Below are positions 21,232-33,032 of a stretch of DNA of 64,000 bases, piece after piece. The position numbers and the translations under genes are program-made. Source of the stretch: Escherichia coli (lineage in GTDB: Bacteria; Pseudomonadota; Gammaproteobacteria; Enterobacterales; Enterobacteriaceae). Numbering within the stretch: position 1 is the first letter of the stretch; the number at the start of each line of letters is the position of its first letter. The notes under the pieces were generated by a model that was given only the letters and a program-made list of their open reading frames with translations, did not search any database and was not told where the DNA came from. The stretch is taken from NCBI RefSeq assembly GCF_016026235.1, contig NZ_CP065613.1; one strand, 5' to 3'.

Positions 21232-24027
21232 TTATTTTGGCAATAATACTCCGGTATAAGTATTTACCGGATGAGAAAGATATTGTTTAACGGCAGTGTT
21301 AACATTCTCTACCGTCATTTGTTTCAACAATTGCTCCTGCTCAGTCCATGCTACAGGATCGTCATATTGAATAAGACTATTTACAATGGTGTTCGCTAAT
21401 TGTTGAACGCTACGCTGTTGGATATCGAGGCTGCGCTGAACGTTTTGCTGGTATTCATTCAGTTCTTGCTCACTGATCCCTTTAGCCAGACGCTTAACCA
21501 TCACTTCATTCGCTAACGTTAACAGTTCATCATGTCGTTCTGGTTGACAAGTAAAAGCCAGCAAATGACTGATATCTTTGGCCTGAGGATCAACCGAGAG
21601 GCGAGAAGAAACGCTGTATGCCCCAGATGCCTGTTCACGAATATTAACGCGTAGATCTTTTGCCAGTGCGACGTTAAAAGCATCGAGCGCCATACGCGTC
21701 GCCAGATTAACAGGTGTCCGGGAATCATAACGCTTCCACTGTGAAACCTGTGCCACAGGTTCATTTTGTTCTTTTACAGTAACCGATGCGTTGTCCGTCG
21801 CGCGAGTTAATGGTTTACCTGCGGCTAATGGCGAATCAGAGTGTTTGATTGATCCTAAGTAACGCGTAATTAACGCCACGAGTTTGTCTTCTGCGACATT
21901 ACCGACAATGACAAACGTGATATCCGCTGGAGATGAAAACAACTGGCGATCGGCAGCCAGCGCATCCGCGGCAGTAAACTGTGCAATCTGATTTTCTTGC
22001 AGTAATTTCGTGCGGTCATCAGCATAGCGCGTCTCATACATCTGCTGGGCGAATTTCTCCGCTGGACGCTGGTCGAGCGTTTTCAACGCCTGAATTTGAG
22101 CATTTTGTAGCGATGCCCAAATATTGTCGTTAATCGTGCTGTGGGTGATTCGCTGGTTAATCAACTGGAAACCAGGTTCAGGGTTATTAGTCCGCGCGCT
22201 AACGGAGAGCAACGTATTCATGCCACTGACTTTACTGCTCATGGTTACCGAGTTTTCCGCACTCCAGCGTTTCAGGCTGGAAGAGGAGAGTTCGCCAACG
22301 CCGCTTCCGCTAACTGCTTTATTTGCCAGCGCGATAAGTGATTTTTGCTGCGCAGGGAAACTTAAATCGCCTTTATTCGATATGGCAATAATTTGTAGCT
22401 TTTGCTCTTCACCCGCGGATTTTGCCAGAATAACCCTGGCACCATTGGAAAGTGTTAATGATGTCAGATTCTCAGCCAGCGTTTCTTTGCTGCTAATTTC
22501 CGCCTGTGGGTCAGCGTCTACTGTTAACGATAAATTTCTGCCTGGGAAGATGTAAGCCGCCAGCTTTTTGTTGGCGTACTCTTTTTCCAGCGCCAGGATA
22601 GCCGCAGGAGACAATGCTTTATTGGCGGCAACCTCATTGTTTACCATTTGCTCCCAAAATGCGTCCTGGTTCTTTCTTAACTGCTGCCATTTTTCCGTCA
22701 GACTTTGCACGGTAATTTGCTGCCACAGACGTTTCGAAAGTTGATATGTCTCTTCCGGCGACAAGAACGGCGTATTATTTAATGAGCTTGATGCCAGGCG
22801 ACTGGTCAGCATACGTAAATCACGTTCAGCTTGCTGATCAACCGCATTATTCAGCCAGGTGAGGCGGGTAGATTTGACATCATCGAGTTCTTCAGCAGAA
22901 AAACCATGCTGATCAATGGTTGCCAACTCTGCCATTAATGCATTCGCAGCATCCTGCATATTATCGTCTCGTGCATTTACACGGAAAAACAGCGACTGAT
23001 AATCGGGTGCAATTCTAACGCTGCGCGCAGTGCCGCCAGAAATAGTCTTCAACTCGCCCGACTGTATGCGTTCCTGCAGACGTTGATTGAACAGCTGAAC
23101 TAACATGCTCCATTCAGCTTGTTCGATAAAGCTTTGCTCATCGTTCACTTGTACCATTGGCAGGCGATAATAGAGTGCGATGCCGTTCACCCGGTTTTCT
23201 TTATCATTAATGATATTAAAGCGCAGGTGATTTTCGGCTTTTGTCGGCCAGACGCGATTTTCAGCTGCTTTGTTAGCCGGAAGCTTACTTAAATTATCCT
23301 TTATCAGCGCCAGCGCTTCTTTACTGTCGATATCGCCGACCACGATAAAGGTCATATTATTTGGTTGATACCAGCGTTGATAAAATTGGCGCAATTGTGC
23401 CGGTGTGACCGTGGCGACAGTATCCATCAGGCCGATAGGTTCACGGTCTAAATTACGGGTATTAGCCAGCAGGAAAGGGCGGCGCGCCTGAGAGGTGCGC
23501 CATTTCGCATCCTGATGGGCACGCCATTCCTCAGTAATTACGCCACGTTCAGCGTCTACTTCGAGTTTTTCAAAGGTTGCGGCATTACTCCATTCACTGA
23601 AGATTGCCATCACTTGTTGCAGATTTTGTTTCTGCGTAGTTGGTAAACTCACCTGATACACCGTTTCGTCATAGCTGGTATAGGCATTAACATCGCGACC
23701 AAAACGCAGGCCCATTGACTCAAATGTTTCGATGACTTTATTACCCGGCCATGTTTTTGTGCCGTTAAACATCATATGTTCTACAAAATGAGCCACGCCG
23801 CGCTCATTGTCTTCTTCCTGCAATGAACCGGTATGAATTTGCAGCCATAAATTTACCTGATCCTTTGGATGAGCATGCGGATAAATCATATATCGCAAGC
23901 CATTGTCCAGTTGCCCGGTAATTAACTTTTCATCCTGCGGTAAGGCGGCGGCAATCAGCCGCCCGGGGAGCAACAGAGTTGCCACTAACGTCAGTAAGAA
24001 ACAGAGGTTTCTCATAATTATCTCCAT
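21232..24027 (-). CDS. pqqL: Periplasmic M16-family zinc protease PqqL
   Basis: 931-aa ORF with signal peptide and HxxEH zinc motif (HFVEHMMF). Confidence 0.85.
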   Translation of the reverse strand: MEIIMRNLCFLLTLVATLLLPGRLIAAALPQDEKLITGQLDNGLRYMIYPHAHPKDQVNLWLQIHTGSLQEEDNERGVAHFVEHMMFNGTKTWPGNKVIETFESMGLRFGRDVNAYTSYDETVYQVSLPTTQKQNLQQVMAIFSEWSNAATFEKLEVDAERGVITEEWRAHQDAKWRTSQARRPFLLANTRNLDREPIGLMDTVATVTPAQLRQFYQRWYQPNNMTFIVVGDIDSKEALALIKDNLSKLPANKAAENRVWPTKAENHLRFNIINDKENRVNGIALYYRLPMVQVNDEQSFIEQAEWSMLVQLFNQRLQERIQSGELKTISGGTARSVRIAPDYQSLFFRVNARDDNMQDAANALMAELATIDQHGFSAEELDDVKSTRLTWLNNAVDQQAERDLRMLTSRLASSSLNNTPFLSPEETYQLSKRLWQQITVQSLTEKWQQLRKNQDAFWEQMVNNEVAANKALSPAAILALEKEYANKKLAAYIFPGRNLSLTVDADPQAEISSKETLAENLTSLTLSNGARVILAKSAGEEQKLQIIAISNKGDLSFPAQQKSLIALANKAVSGSGVGELSSSSLKRWSAENSVTMSSKVSGMNTLLSVSARTNNPEPGFQLINQRITHSTINDNIWASLQNAQIQALKTLDQRPAEKFAQQMYETRYADDRTKLLQENQIAQFTAADALAADRQLFSSPADITFVIVGNVAEDKLVALITRYLGSIKHSDSPLAAGKPLTRATDNASVTVKEQNEPVAQVSQWKRYDSRTPVNLATRMALDAFNVALAKDLRVNIREQASGAYSVSSRLSVDPQAKDISHLLAFTCQPERHDELLTLANEVMVKRLAKGISEQELNEYQQNVQRSLDIQQRSVQQLANTIVNSLIQYDDPVAWTEQEQLLKQMTVENVNTAVKQYLSHPVNTYTGVLLPK

Positions 24028-24071
24028 GCGAAAACCGGGCGAATTTACCCGGTTAAGTAAAATCCGAACTA

Positions 24072-26444
24072 TTAAAATTTCATGCTGACATCAAGCCAGA
24101 AAGTACGGCCACTGGCGTAGGTCGCCACACCGGTATTCGTTGTATCAACAGCGGTTTTGCTATCCAGTACATTGAGAATATCGGCACTGATCGTCAGGTT
24201 TTGTTGTTTCAGAAATTGTGGCGTCCAGGACAAGCGGGTGTCCCAGGTCAGGCTGCTATCCAGTTTTTCGTCAACATACTGCTTGTAATCTGAATATTCG
24301 CTGATGTATTGCGCATTCGCCTTACCCAGGATAATGCGAGCTTTACGCGCTTCTTGCCAGGCCAGCGTATTCGCCCACACCAACCCGCTCGGTTGATGCG
24401 TGAAATCCATGTTTAAGGAGATCTTTAATGGGTTATTAAAATCCGCCACTGGAACGCTATCGTAAGAAACCAGATTACCGTTATAAACCACTTGGTTATC
24501 ACCGGTATTGCTCTCCTCATAACCATTGTTTAACGACAAGTTGCCCTTGCTCTTGATATAGCTAAAGACAATTTGCGGGTTAATATCTACCTGGCTGATA
24601 TGCAGGGGTTCGGCCAGTTCAAAACTGAGGTTGAACGAATGCGTTTTGGTTTTGCCGTCGTTGTTATATTCAGTAATGGTGGTTTTAGTCGCGCTGTCGG
24701 TACGACTGCTTTTGCTGATTTGATCATGCGCTTCACGGTAAACATAGTTTGCGCGCGCAATAACGTTCTTACCGATTTTTTGCTGCAATCCCATTGCCAG
24801 TTCATCGTTATAAGGCGTTTTCAAATCCTGATAACGCGTCAGGGTTTTATTACCTGATACCGATTCCGTCCAGCTATTGCGGATATCACGTAATCCCATA
24901 TCAACAATATTCCCGCCATAGTAACGGTTATAACCTGCTGTAATCATTGAGGTTTGATCAGCAAAAATATCCCATTCCGTCATAAAGCGCGGGGAGATAT
25001 TGTGGTTTGACAGATAGTTGTCATAGTCATACCGCACGCCGGGCATTAATGACACATTACGCCAGCTAATGCGATCCGCCATATACAGCGTGTAGTTGTC
25101 AATTCCCAGGCTGCCTTTACCTTTATGGTATATGGTATGGTTAGTTTTCTTTCCGGCAGCATTAATCACATAGGATTCAGACTGGTTATGGCGTTCAGTC
25201 CACGCATCGGAATAGATGTATTCCGCGCCGAAGTAGGGTTGATGCGAAACATTACCCACGGCGAATTTTTGCCAGTCCAGGCGTGTTTTGAAGGTGTAAT
25301 TATCTACAGCCTGGGAAATGTGTCCTAATCCACCACGGGTGCAACGCCCTGAAATATCACCATATGTACATGAAAGTTCGGTGTACCAGATGTCATGATC
25401 GTGACGGGTATAATCACTAATATGATCCCAACCAACGGTGGTACGTAGTTTGGCCCATGCGAGCTGCGTATCCATATCCCATGCCAGACCGTAGGATTTA
25501 TTACCCATTTCGCGATCAGACTGCGGGAAGGTGCTGGTATTATAATCACGGCTGGAGCCGGTATATTTTAAGGTTAAATCGTGGGTAAAGCGGTCGCTGG
25601 CAAACCAAGTAAATTTGCTCAATGCAGTATCGATAACGTTTTTATACTGTGCCCGACCGGCGACAATGCCGTCATTCGAAACATAATCCGCGCGGGTGAT
25701 ATCAGACTGGCGGCGCGATAAACCGGCGGTAACGCCAAAGTTATCAGCGAGTTCCTGATTAAACGACAAGGTATAAAAGTTCTTTTTAAAATCTGGGGAG
25801 TAATAAGTACTTCCTGAAGAGCCTTGATTAAATGCGCTCTTGTTATTCTCATCGATATGCGATGTTAACCAGTCCGAACGCGTAGTGCGATAACCCAGTT
25901 TCACGCTGCTATCATCAGCGTTGAAGCGTTTGATCTTTGCATCAATTACCCCGCCATTGAAGCGACCGAATTCAACCGGCACAAAACTGTCATAAAGCGT
26001 CACATTGTCCAGTAATCTGACATCAAGATAATACCCCTGTGACATCCCGCTAATATTGGTTGCACTACTGGCATCGGACTCATTCGCTGGGTTCAGGTTA
26101 TTAGTGGCACTAATACCATCAATCAAATAGGCATTCTGGTAGGGCGACGCACCGTGAATAGAGATTTTCTCCGGGCGAATATCTCCCTGGTTCAACGAGG
26201 TACTTTGCGTTGAATCCATGCGTACCGCAGGGTTGGTTCTCAGCAGATCGCTGATATTGCCATTCCCGGTCGGTAAACGCTCGATGCTTTCACTGGTGTA
26301 ATGCGTGTTGCCGTTTACGGGTACAGGGACAGGAGCATAGACCGTCATCTCTTCAAAAACATGCATGTACATGTTTTTGTCATCGACGGCCTGCGCCACA
26401 TCAGCGCCACATAAAATGACGCCAGGAATAAGAACTCGCTTCAT
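24072..26444 (-). CDS. yddB: TonB-dependent outer-membrane receptor YddB
   Basis: 790-aa ORF with plug and beta-barrel domains and a C-terminal aromatic residue. Confidence 0.85.
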   Translation of the reverse strand: MKRVLIPGVILCGADVAQAVDDKNMYMHVFEEMTVYAPVPVPVNGNTHYTSESIERLPTGNGNISDLLRTNPAVRMDSTQSTSLNQGDIRPEKISIHGASPYQNAYLIDGISATNNLNPANESDASSATNISGMSQGYYLDVRLLDNVTLYDSFVPVEFGRFNGGVIDAKIKRFNADDSSVKLGYRTTRSDWLTSHIDENNKSAFNQGSSGSTYYSPDFKKNFYTLSFNQELADNFGVTAGLSRRQSDITRADYVSNDGIVAGRAQYKNVIDTALSKFTWFASDRFTHDLTLKYTGSSRDYNTSTFPQSDREMGNKSYGLAWDMDTQLAWAKLRTTVGWDHISDYTRHDHDIWYTELSCTYGDISGRCTRGGLGHISQAVDNYTFKTRLDWQKFAVGNVSHQPYFGAEYIYSDAWTERHNQSESYVINAAGKKTNHTIYHKGKGSLGIDNYTLYMADRISWRNVSLMPGVRYDYDNYLSNHNISPRFMTEWDIFADQTSMITAGYNRYYGGNIVDMGLRDIRNSWTESVSGNKTLTRYQDLKTPYNDELAMGLQQKIGKNVIARANYVYREAHDQISKSSRTDSATKTTITEYNNDGKTKTHSFNLSFELAEPLHISQVDINPQIVFSYIKSKGNLSLNNGYEESNTGDNQVVYNGNLVSYDSVPVADFNNPLKISLNMDFTHQPSGLVWANTLAWQEARKARIILGKANAQYISEYSDYKQYVDEKLDSSLTWDTRLSWTPQFLKQQNLTISADILNVLDSKTAVDTTNTGVATYASGRTFWLDVSMKF

Positions 26445-26481
26445 TTATTTATATCTCCGTACAGCAGGGCTTTTATTGTTT

Positions 26482-28167
26482 TTATAAAACCGCGCTAATG
26501 TCACAAATATCATCTGCCAGGTTCCAGACACCGGGTTGATGTGTAACCATAATGACGCCGCTTGTGGGTAGTTTTTCACGCACTAAACGCAGTAAGCGGA
26601 TAGCCTCTTGTTCCTCAAGATGAGAGGTAGTTTCGTCAAGAAATATCCATTTCGGACGTCGTAAAATTAATCGTGCCAGGGCGATACGTTGTTTTTCGCC
26701 GCTGGAAAGAATATCTCCCCAGCGATCGTGGTCATGAATACGCGCAGCCAATTTCCCCAGACCAACCTGATGCAGTATTTCGCTCAACGATTTATCGTCT
26801 ACGGGCAGAGGAAGTGCTTTACAAATAATCTCTTTCAGTAAGCCGGTTTTGATTAACGGTGTTTGTGACACATACCAACTGTCGGCAGGAGAAGAAATAT
26901 CACCTTTAAACCACGGCCAGCAGTGGGATAATGTTTTAAGCAGTGTGGTTTTTCCCGCACCAGAGTAACCTTTCAGTAATAGCCATTTGCCTGGCGAAAC
27001 ATGAAAGTTCAGGTTCTCTAATATGATCTTATTATCAGGAGTACGAATACTCGCGTCAGCCACTTGTACCGCATGTTGGCAATTTTTAGGCTTATTCGTA
27101 GGGCGATGTTCGGTGAGTTGATGGAACTCATACAAGCGATCGATAACCGCAGCCAGTTCAGCAAGTTCGTCATATTTATAAACAAACCAGCTTAAATTGT
27201 TCGATACCAGCATAAAGGCCTGGCGCGATTTCATCAGTCCGCCCAGATTGATCTGTCCGCTAATAAACTGTGGCAATAACAGAAAGTAGGGAAGAACGCT
27301 AAGCGAGCGCGAATAAATATTCTGCCAGTAATCAAGCCACCGCTGACGATTCATTAAACGATGCCAGTTCTCTTTAATAGTATGAAAATTGTCGCTCAAC
27401 TCCTGGCGTTGTAGAGACTCAGCATTGCTTAGCGCAATCAGTTCTGCCTGCTTATTATGCTGCACAAGATTTGTTCGAAATGTCGCTTCGCTACGTTGTT
27501 TTTCCACATTAAGCGGACGAATACGTTTACCCACCTTATGGGTAAATAAAGTTCCACCGATCACAATGAGCACAACGGTATAGACCATATACCCCTGGAT
27601 ATTCCATTCTGTTCCACCAACAGTGAATGAGAGCGTACCCGCGCTTTGCCAAAGAATAACGGTAAAGGTGATCAGCATGCTAAGTGACTGGATGAAGCCA
27701 AATGAAAGGCTGAGCGTTTTGCTGATCAGTAAGAGAATGTCTTCAGCGATACGTTGGTCAGGGTTATCTGTATTTTTATGCTCACCGTAGATCTGCGTGA
27801 AGTAGTAGTTTTTATCTGCAAACCAGCGATTAAGGTAGTAATCTGTTAACCATTCGCGCCAGCGAATAGTCAGTAGTTTAATTAACCATGTTTTGTTTAC
27901 GGATATTAATACAAAGATCCCCAGCAGGGCAGGGAACCAAAGGACAAGCTGCCAAAGCTTATCAGTTTCTTTCTGGCTTAGCGCATTGAAAAAATCATTA
28001 TTCCAGTCGTTTAACCAGACCTGAATTTTAACCACGCCAAGGATCATGGCGAGGATAATAATGATTAACAACACTGAAGTTTTATTATTCTTACGCAGCC
28101 AAAAGGGCTTCAGCAGACAGAGATACTTTGCTATCAACATACAAAACGTAATGGGAATGGTTATCAT
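26482..28167 (-). CDS. yddA: ABC transporter, fused permease/ATPase, YddA
   Basis: 561-aa ORF: N-terminal TM helices, C-terminal Walker A (GYSGAGKTT) and signature LSSGEKQR. Confidence 0.85.
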   Translation of the reverse strand: MITIPITFCMLIAKYLCLLKPFWLRKNNKTSVLLIIIILAMILGVVKIQVWLNDWNNDFFNALSQKETDKLWQLVLWFPALLGIFVLISVNKTWLIKLLTIRWREWLTDYYLNRWFADKNYYFTQIYGEHKNTDNPDQRIAEDILLLISKTLSLSFGFIQSLSMLITFTVILWQSAGTLSFTVGGTEWNIQGYMVYTVVLIVIGGTLFTHKVGKRIRPLNVEKQRSEATFRTNLVQHNKQAELIALSNAESLQRQELSDNFHTIKENWHRLMNRQRWLDYWQNIYSRSLSVLPYFLLLPQFISGQINLGGLMKSRQAFMLVSNNLSWFVYKYDELAELAAVIDRLYEFHQLTEHRPTNKPKNCQHAVQVADASIRTPDNKIILENLNFHVSPGKWLLLKGYSGAGKTTLLKTLSHCWPWFKGDISSPADSWYVSQTPLIKTGLLKEIICKALPLPVDDKSLSEILHQVGLGKLAARIHDHDRWGDILSSGEKQRIALARLILRRPKWIFLDETTSHLEEQEAIRLLRLVREKLPTSGVIMVTHQPGVWNLADDICDISAVL

Positions 28168-28457
28168 TAGCGAAAATTGATTGTGCCATCCAATGATTAT
28201 CTATGGCAATGATTTACTGATGAAATTTATTTAAGTATCATTTAACAATATGAAATATATAGAAATTTTTAATTTTCAGTGGTTATGGTTATGCTATTGA
28301 TAATCAAGGGTATTACTAATGCCCTGACGCATACCACGTATGCCAGGATTTTCGCAAGGGAAGATGATGATGACGAAACACCCAACAGGAATTTATGTCG
28401 GGTGTCTTGTTAAGGCCATAAGAAGGAGGCTAAGACTGGAGCAAAGAGGGAGCGTTA

Positions 28458-29615
28458 TTAATTATTCTCCATTTGTTTTGCAACATCCATAATGTGGTAA
28501 AGCGGTACTCTGTTCTTGGCTAACTCCACCATGGCGTTCATATAAGGTACCATGGTTGAAAAAAGGATTTTATAATCTTCGCAAAAATAAGAAACAGTCT
28601 CATTGTTTACTTTAGTAATACGATGCTTAGGACAACCGCCATTGCAGATAGGTTTATATGCACATTTCAGACATTTCGCTGAAATCCGTTTTTTTTGCGC
28701 TGTCAGTTGTACACTGTTCATCGTTTTGAGTTCAGATTTATTAATATTTCCAATTTTGTACTGTGGATAGACAAAATGGTCGCATTCGTAAATGTCTCCA
28801 TTACTTTCAACAACCAGATTATCCTTGCAGGACTCCTGGAAAATACAACTGGTATGCCCATTCCCTAAAAAACGGCTGACAAAGCTTTCAAACTGACGGA
28901 TGAAAACTTCACCCACATCGTTTTTAACCCATTGCATAAAAATGGTTGACATAAACTTGCCATAAGCCGTGGGAGGCACAGAAAAATCAATGATACGGAA
29001 TGTGTTCTCACTATGACCACTGAAATCAATATTCGGCGTCCCGGTTTCTAGCAATTCGATAAATTGCATATGTTTACTGCCGATAGATTTTAAAAAATGA
29101 TAAACCTCAAGAGGGTAATGGACATTAACGTTATTAATGACGGTTAACGTATTAAACTCTACTTGATATGATTTCAGACGCTCGATGGCTGCTATCACTT
29201 TTGTAAAAGTACCGTTACCTGAATTACTGCGTCTGTAACGGTCATGTAACTCCTGGGGGCCATCGATCGAGATACCAACCAGAAATTCATGTTCTTTGAG
29301 AAAGGCACACCATTCATTATTCAATAAAATGCCATTCGTTTGTAATGCATTAAAAATACGTTTTTGGCCTGCATAGCGTTGTTGATAGTGAATAACTTTA
29401 CGGAAAAAATCCAGGCCAGCCAGAGTGGGTTCACCGCCTTGCCAGGTAAAATAGACCTGATTGCCAGACGCTGCGATATATTGTTTGATGAACTCTTTCA
29501 GAGTGCTGTCATCCATCCATTTTTCATGAGTAAACTGCGACTCTTTTTCAAGGTAAAAACAGTAATCACATTTGAGATTACATTGAAAACTGGAGGGCTT
29601 GGCTGTAACGTGCAT
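28458..29615 (-). CDS. ydeM: Radical-SAM, anaerobic sulfatase-maturase-like protein YdeM
   Basis: [10 protein letters not shown] radical-SAM motif near the N-terminus; start chosen at MHVTAKPSS (385 aa). Confidence 0.75.
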   Translation of the reverse strand: MHVTAKPSSFQCNLKCDYCFYLEKESQFTHEKWMDDSTLKEFIKQYIAASGNQVYFTWQGGEPTLAGLDFFRKVIHYQQRYAGQKRIFNALQTNGILLNNEWCAFLKEHEFLVGISIDGPQELHDRYRRSNSGNGTFTKVIAAIERLKSYQVEFNTLTVINNVNVHYPLEVYHFLKSIGSKHMQFIELLETGTPNIDFSGHSENTFRIIDFSVPPTAYGKFMSTIFMQWVKNDVGEVFIRQFESFVSRFLGNGHTSCIFQESCKDNLVVESNGDIYECDHFVYPQYKIGNINKSELKTMNSVQLTAQKKRISAKCLKCAYKPICNGGCPKHRITKVNNETVSYFCEDYKILFSTMVPYMNAMVELAKNRVPLYHIMDVAKQMENN

Positions 29616-29666
29616 CGCTATCTCGCTCAATAAGGCGGCGGAAAAATCCGCCGCATGAAGGTTTAG

Positions 29667-31349
29667 TTATTTCGCTTCGCTTAGTGCTTTCTTGATATTG
29701 TTAAACTTCTCCTGATTTACCTCGCTAAGCGGTGGCTGGCTGCTGTCGATAAACTCTCTTACCACGCCTTGCATCTCTTTAACGACCTGCGGATTGGCGG
29801 CGGCAAGGTTATCTTTTTGCTGTAGATCCGTCAGTTTGTAGAGACCTAACTGATTGTTTTCTACTGTATAGACAAGCGAATAATCGTTATTTCTCACCGT
29901 ATAAGAGAATTGGCTTAAGTCCTCAGTGTTGGGGTTATGCGGGTAATCGTCTGACTGATGACGGACAAATTTGTGGTAATTATCCCAGAATGGAATATTT
30001 TCCTCATCAAACCAGTGAGAATAAGAGGTTATCCAGGTCAGATTTTTATGTGGCTCGCCTTGTTTCTTATCTTGCAACCAGGGCAGCAAGGAAACGCCAT
30101 CCAGCTTAAGGTCTTTTGGAATGCTGATATCGGCTGCATCAAGAGCTGTCGGGTAGAAATCCATTGCGGAAATCAGCTTGTCATAATTACCGGGTTGAAG
30201 TTTTCCTTTCCACCACATAAACATTGGGGTGTGAGTACCGCCAGGATAGGTCTGACTCTTATAGCCTTTTTGCGCCCCGTTCAGCGGCAGAGGGCCATCG
30301 ATAACCGCACCATTATCGGAGGTAAAGAGAATAATTGTATTGTCATACTGTCCGTTTTTCTTCAGTTGTTCGAGAATGCGTTTTACACCCTGATCAACAG
30401 AATAAACGGAAGCGTAGTAGTTATCTGCTGTTTGACTACCGGTATTAAATTGCTTCTGATATTGCTCCGGTGCAGGATTATCATTTGGCAGGTGCGGAGC
30501 ATTATAAGCCAGGTAAAGCATAAAAGGCTGGTCAAGTGTTTTGGCACGATCAACAACGCCAATTGCCTCATCGGTTAACTGATCGCTGATATAACCTTTT
30601 GCGGGGACACGTTCACGATTTTTGAACAGTGAAGGGGAGTTGTAATATGCCGTTCCTGCAGCGTGGAATCCCATAAAGTAATCAAAGCCACGGTTTTGCG
30701 GGTGCCATTCTTCCGCAGAAAATGTGGTGAAGTTGTCATGATAGTCACGTGTTTGTTTATCTTCCGGTACCGGCACATTACTGATTTTTGACAAGTGCCA
30801 TTTACCTACTGCTGCAGTGTAATAACCATGATTCTGGAATAATTCAGGCAAGAAAGTTTCTGTTAGCGGAATACCATCCTGAGCATCAGTATTGGAATAG
30901 ACACCAAAGCGGGCGGGCGCTCGACCGGTCATTATTGCGGCGCGGGAGGGGCCGGAAACACCGTGCGCCACATAGCCGTTAGTAAAACGTACGCCTTCAT
31001 CCATTAATGAAAGGAGCGTCGGCGTTGATTTTTGCGCAGCTTCAATGGCTTTATCTATCCCTATTTTGTAGGTATCGACAACTTCACGATTTTCCATTGT
31101 TTTTGGGTCAAAAGATCCCTTATCAAAAGGAAGTTGTCCATAACCAAGATCATCCATGGTCAGTACGATAATATTTGGCTTTCCTTTGGTACTGTATTCA
31201 GTCGGCGTAAAGTCTGAGAAAGCAACGTTTGTTTTGGTTGCTTTCAGCTTTACATCATCTGCCGCATGAGCAGCAAATGCAGCCATACCAGATGCCAGTA
31301 TCAAAGATATCGAGGTACTTACGACACTTTTTTTTAATGCAGACTTCAT
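29667..31349 (-). CDS. ydeN: Sulfatase-family protein YdeN
   Basis: Start at MKSALKKSVVSTSISLIL (signal peptide, 560 aa); sulfatase fold. Confidence 0.8.
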   Translation of the reverse strand: MKSALKKSVVSTSISLILASGMAAFAAHAADDVKLKATKTNVAFSDFTPTEYSTKGKPNIIVLTMDDLGYGQLPFDKGSFDPKTMENREVVDTYKIGIDKAIEAAQKSTPTLLSLMDEGVRFTNGYVAHGVSGPSRAAIMTGRAPARFGVYSNTDAQDGIPLTETFLPELFQNHGYYTAAVGKWHLSKISNVPVPEDKQTRDYHDNFTTFSAEEWHPQNRGFDYFMGFHAAGTAYYNSPSLFKNRERVPAKGYISDQLTDEAIGVVDRAKTLDQPFMLYLAYNAPHLPNDNPAPEQYQKQFNTGSQTADNYYASVYSVDQGVKRILEQLKKNGQYDNTIILFTSDNGAVIDGPLPLNGAQKGYKSQTYPGGTHTPMFMWWKGKLQPGNYDKLISAMDFYPTALDAADISIPKDLKLDGVSLLPWLQDKKQGEPHKNLTWITSYSHWFDEENIPFWDNYHKFVRHQSDDYPHNPNTEDLSQFSYTVRNNDYSLVYTVENNQLGLYKLTDLQQKDNLAAANPQVVKEMQGVVREFIDSSQPPLSEVNQEKFNNIKKALSEAK

Positions 31350-31752
31350 AAATGTTCCTCTTCTTATTGTACTTAATTCCAAAGTAATTTTACGAAGAGA
31401 AATAAGTGGATGTAAGTGAAGTTAGTCACATAAAGAGATAGCAGATTTAGCTAAAAAAAGGGAAATAACAGTCCATAAAGCGTTGACATTACTTTTTGTT
31501 CTACTAAGTAATTTCTCGACGATAAACAACTAATCTATTGATATTTAATAAATTATTGTATTTTACTAACAAAATGCCGAATTGAGATCATAAATAATCA
31601 TGCAACAGGTTATGCAAATGCATAAATATGTGATGAATGTCACTTATTTATTTCAATAAATATATCGCCTAAAAACAACGCGGGGCAGGGAATGACTGCC
31701 CCATTTTTAATTTTTACGTAGGGTGCGTGGTTGACTACTCGTTAGCAAATAA

Positions 31753-32514
31753 TCAAATAGCTAAAGCATTCATCGTGTTGCCCGTATTCATACCTGTGTG
31801 ACTTTGACAACGGTACTCCTTAGAAACTCTCTTCGGACTGTTGCCGAAATGTTTGCGGAACGCATAAATAAAATAAGATGTACTGGCATAACCACATTGT
31901 TCGGCAATTTTATTGACTGAACCTTCTACGCGTATCAAATTTTTTGCGTGCTGCATTCTGGCATCTAATAGAATCTGTGAGAATGTCGTTTGCTCTTGCT
32001 TTAGTTTTTTCTTCAACAGGCTTTCACTGATGTACAGGCAGTCACAAATATCTTTCAGCTTCCATGGGTGCGCCAGCTTCATGTTGACAATATTTCTCAC
32101 TTTCCCGGAAACGGATAGCACACCGTTAGTTAATAGTGTAATGAAACCTTTGCATGCGGCAAAAATAGACAGGCAAGAAAAAAGCAAAAGTTCTGAAAAA
32201 TTATGATGATTGCGTTCTTCCGAGTTGAGATAAGCAATCATTTCATTAAGCAATCCAGTCGGCACATTTGAAGCACGTAAAAACTTCGCAGGAACAGGCA
32301 CCGTCACTGTCTGGATGTTAGTGCATTGTAGATATTTTTTAATGGTATTTTCATTAAATCCGATTTCTTTAAAATGCCGCTCATAAGGTTCAAAATGTGT
32401 ACGAACAGCGTTATCTACCATCAGGATCTCGCCGTCAGAGAAGGCGTAATCTTTATCTAAAATGTTAGCGTTGAAAGCATGATGAATAAATATAACAGAA
32501 CAAACGAGCGACAT
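31753..32514 (-). CDS. ydeO: AraC-family acid-resistance regulator YdeO
   Basis: 253-aa ORF with C-terminal AraC-type HTH. Confidence 0.85.
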   Translation of the reverse strand: MSLVCSVIFIHHAFNANILDKDYAFSDGEILMVDNAVRTHFEPYERHFKEIGFNENTIKKYLQCTNIQTVTVPVPAKFLRASNVPTGLLNEMIAYLNSEERNHHNFSELLLFSCLSIFAACKGFITLLTNGVLSVSGKVRNIVNMKLAHPWKLKDICDCLYISESLLKKKLKQEQTTFSQILLDARMQHAKNLIRVEGSVNKIAEQCGYASTSYFIYAFRKHFGNSPKRVSKEYRCQSHTGMNTGNTMNALAI

Positions 32515-32587
32515 TTTATCTCCTTAAAACAATAAAGTTTTATCGATACTTTTTTAACATTTCATATTTATAATTTGCTGTTTATTT

Positions 32588-32785
32588 TCAGTCTTGCAAA
32601 CTATTGATAATGAAATGTGTAAGATCTCTTGCAATGCGACCCATTTCTGAAATACCCAGCTGATCAATTGCCGAAAAAATGGCTATCAACGTAAGGGTCA
32701 GTAATAAGACAACCACAATTACAGACATGATTTCTTTATAGTTGTCTCTTTGCGTGATTTTGTTTTTCACTGTGGTCGCATGCAT
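32588..32785 (-). CDS. safA: Small membrane protein SafA (connector of EvgS/EvgA and PhoQ/PhoP)
   Basis: 65-aa ORF MHATTVKNKITQRDNYKEIMSVIVVVLLLTLTLIAIF..., immediately upstream of ydeO. Confidence 0.8.
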   Translation of the reverse strand: MHATTVKNKITQRDNYKEIMSVIVVVLLLTLTLIAIFSAIDQLGISEMGRIARDLTHFIINSLQD

Positions 32786-32896
32786 TTCAAATATGTTTAT
32801 TTAGCGGATAACGTTAAAAATCGTTAATCAGTATGCTTAATATAACAGGCTGGAGAAAAGAGGAAATAGGACTGGTGCTTCAGTACTGAGCGGAGT

Positions 32897-32914
32897 TTCT
32901 TACAGCTGTAGGCA
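32897..32914. promoter_or_regulatory. EvgA box upstream of safA-ydeO
   Basis: TTCTTACA-gc-TGTAGGCA, close to the EvgA inverted-repeat consensus TTCYTACA-N2-TGTARGAA. Confidence 0.4.
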
Positions 32915-33032
32915 GAAATTTATATCTTATAGTATGTAGTTTAATTTAATCCATGTGAGCAAATTGCGCGATAATAGTCAATGAGATATTCTTCTGCTGT
33001 GCGGATGACAGCAGAAGAAATGAGAAGAGGCA

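Noticed and set aside
29958-30578. 206-aa plus-strand ORF overlapping ydeN
   Set aside because: Antisense to the sulfatase gene; no support.
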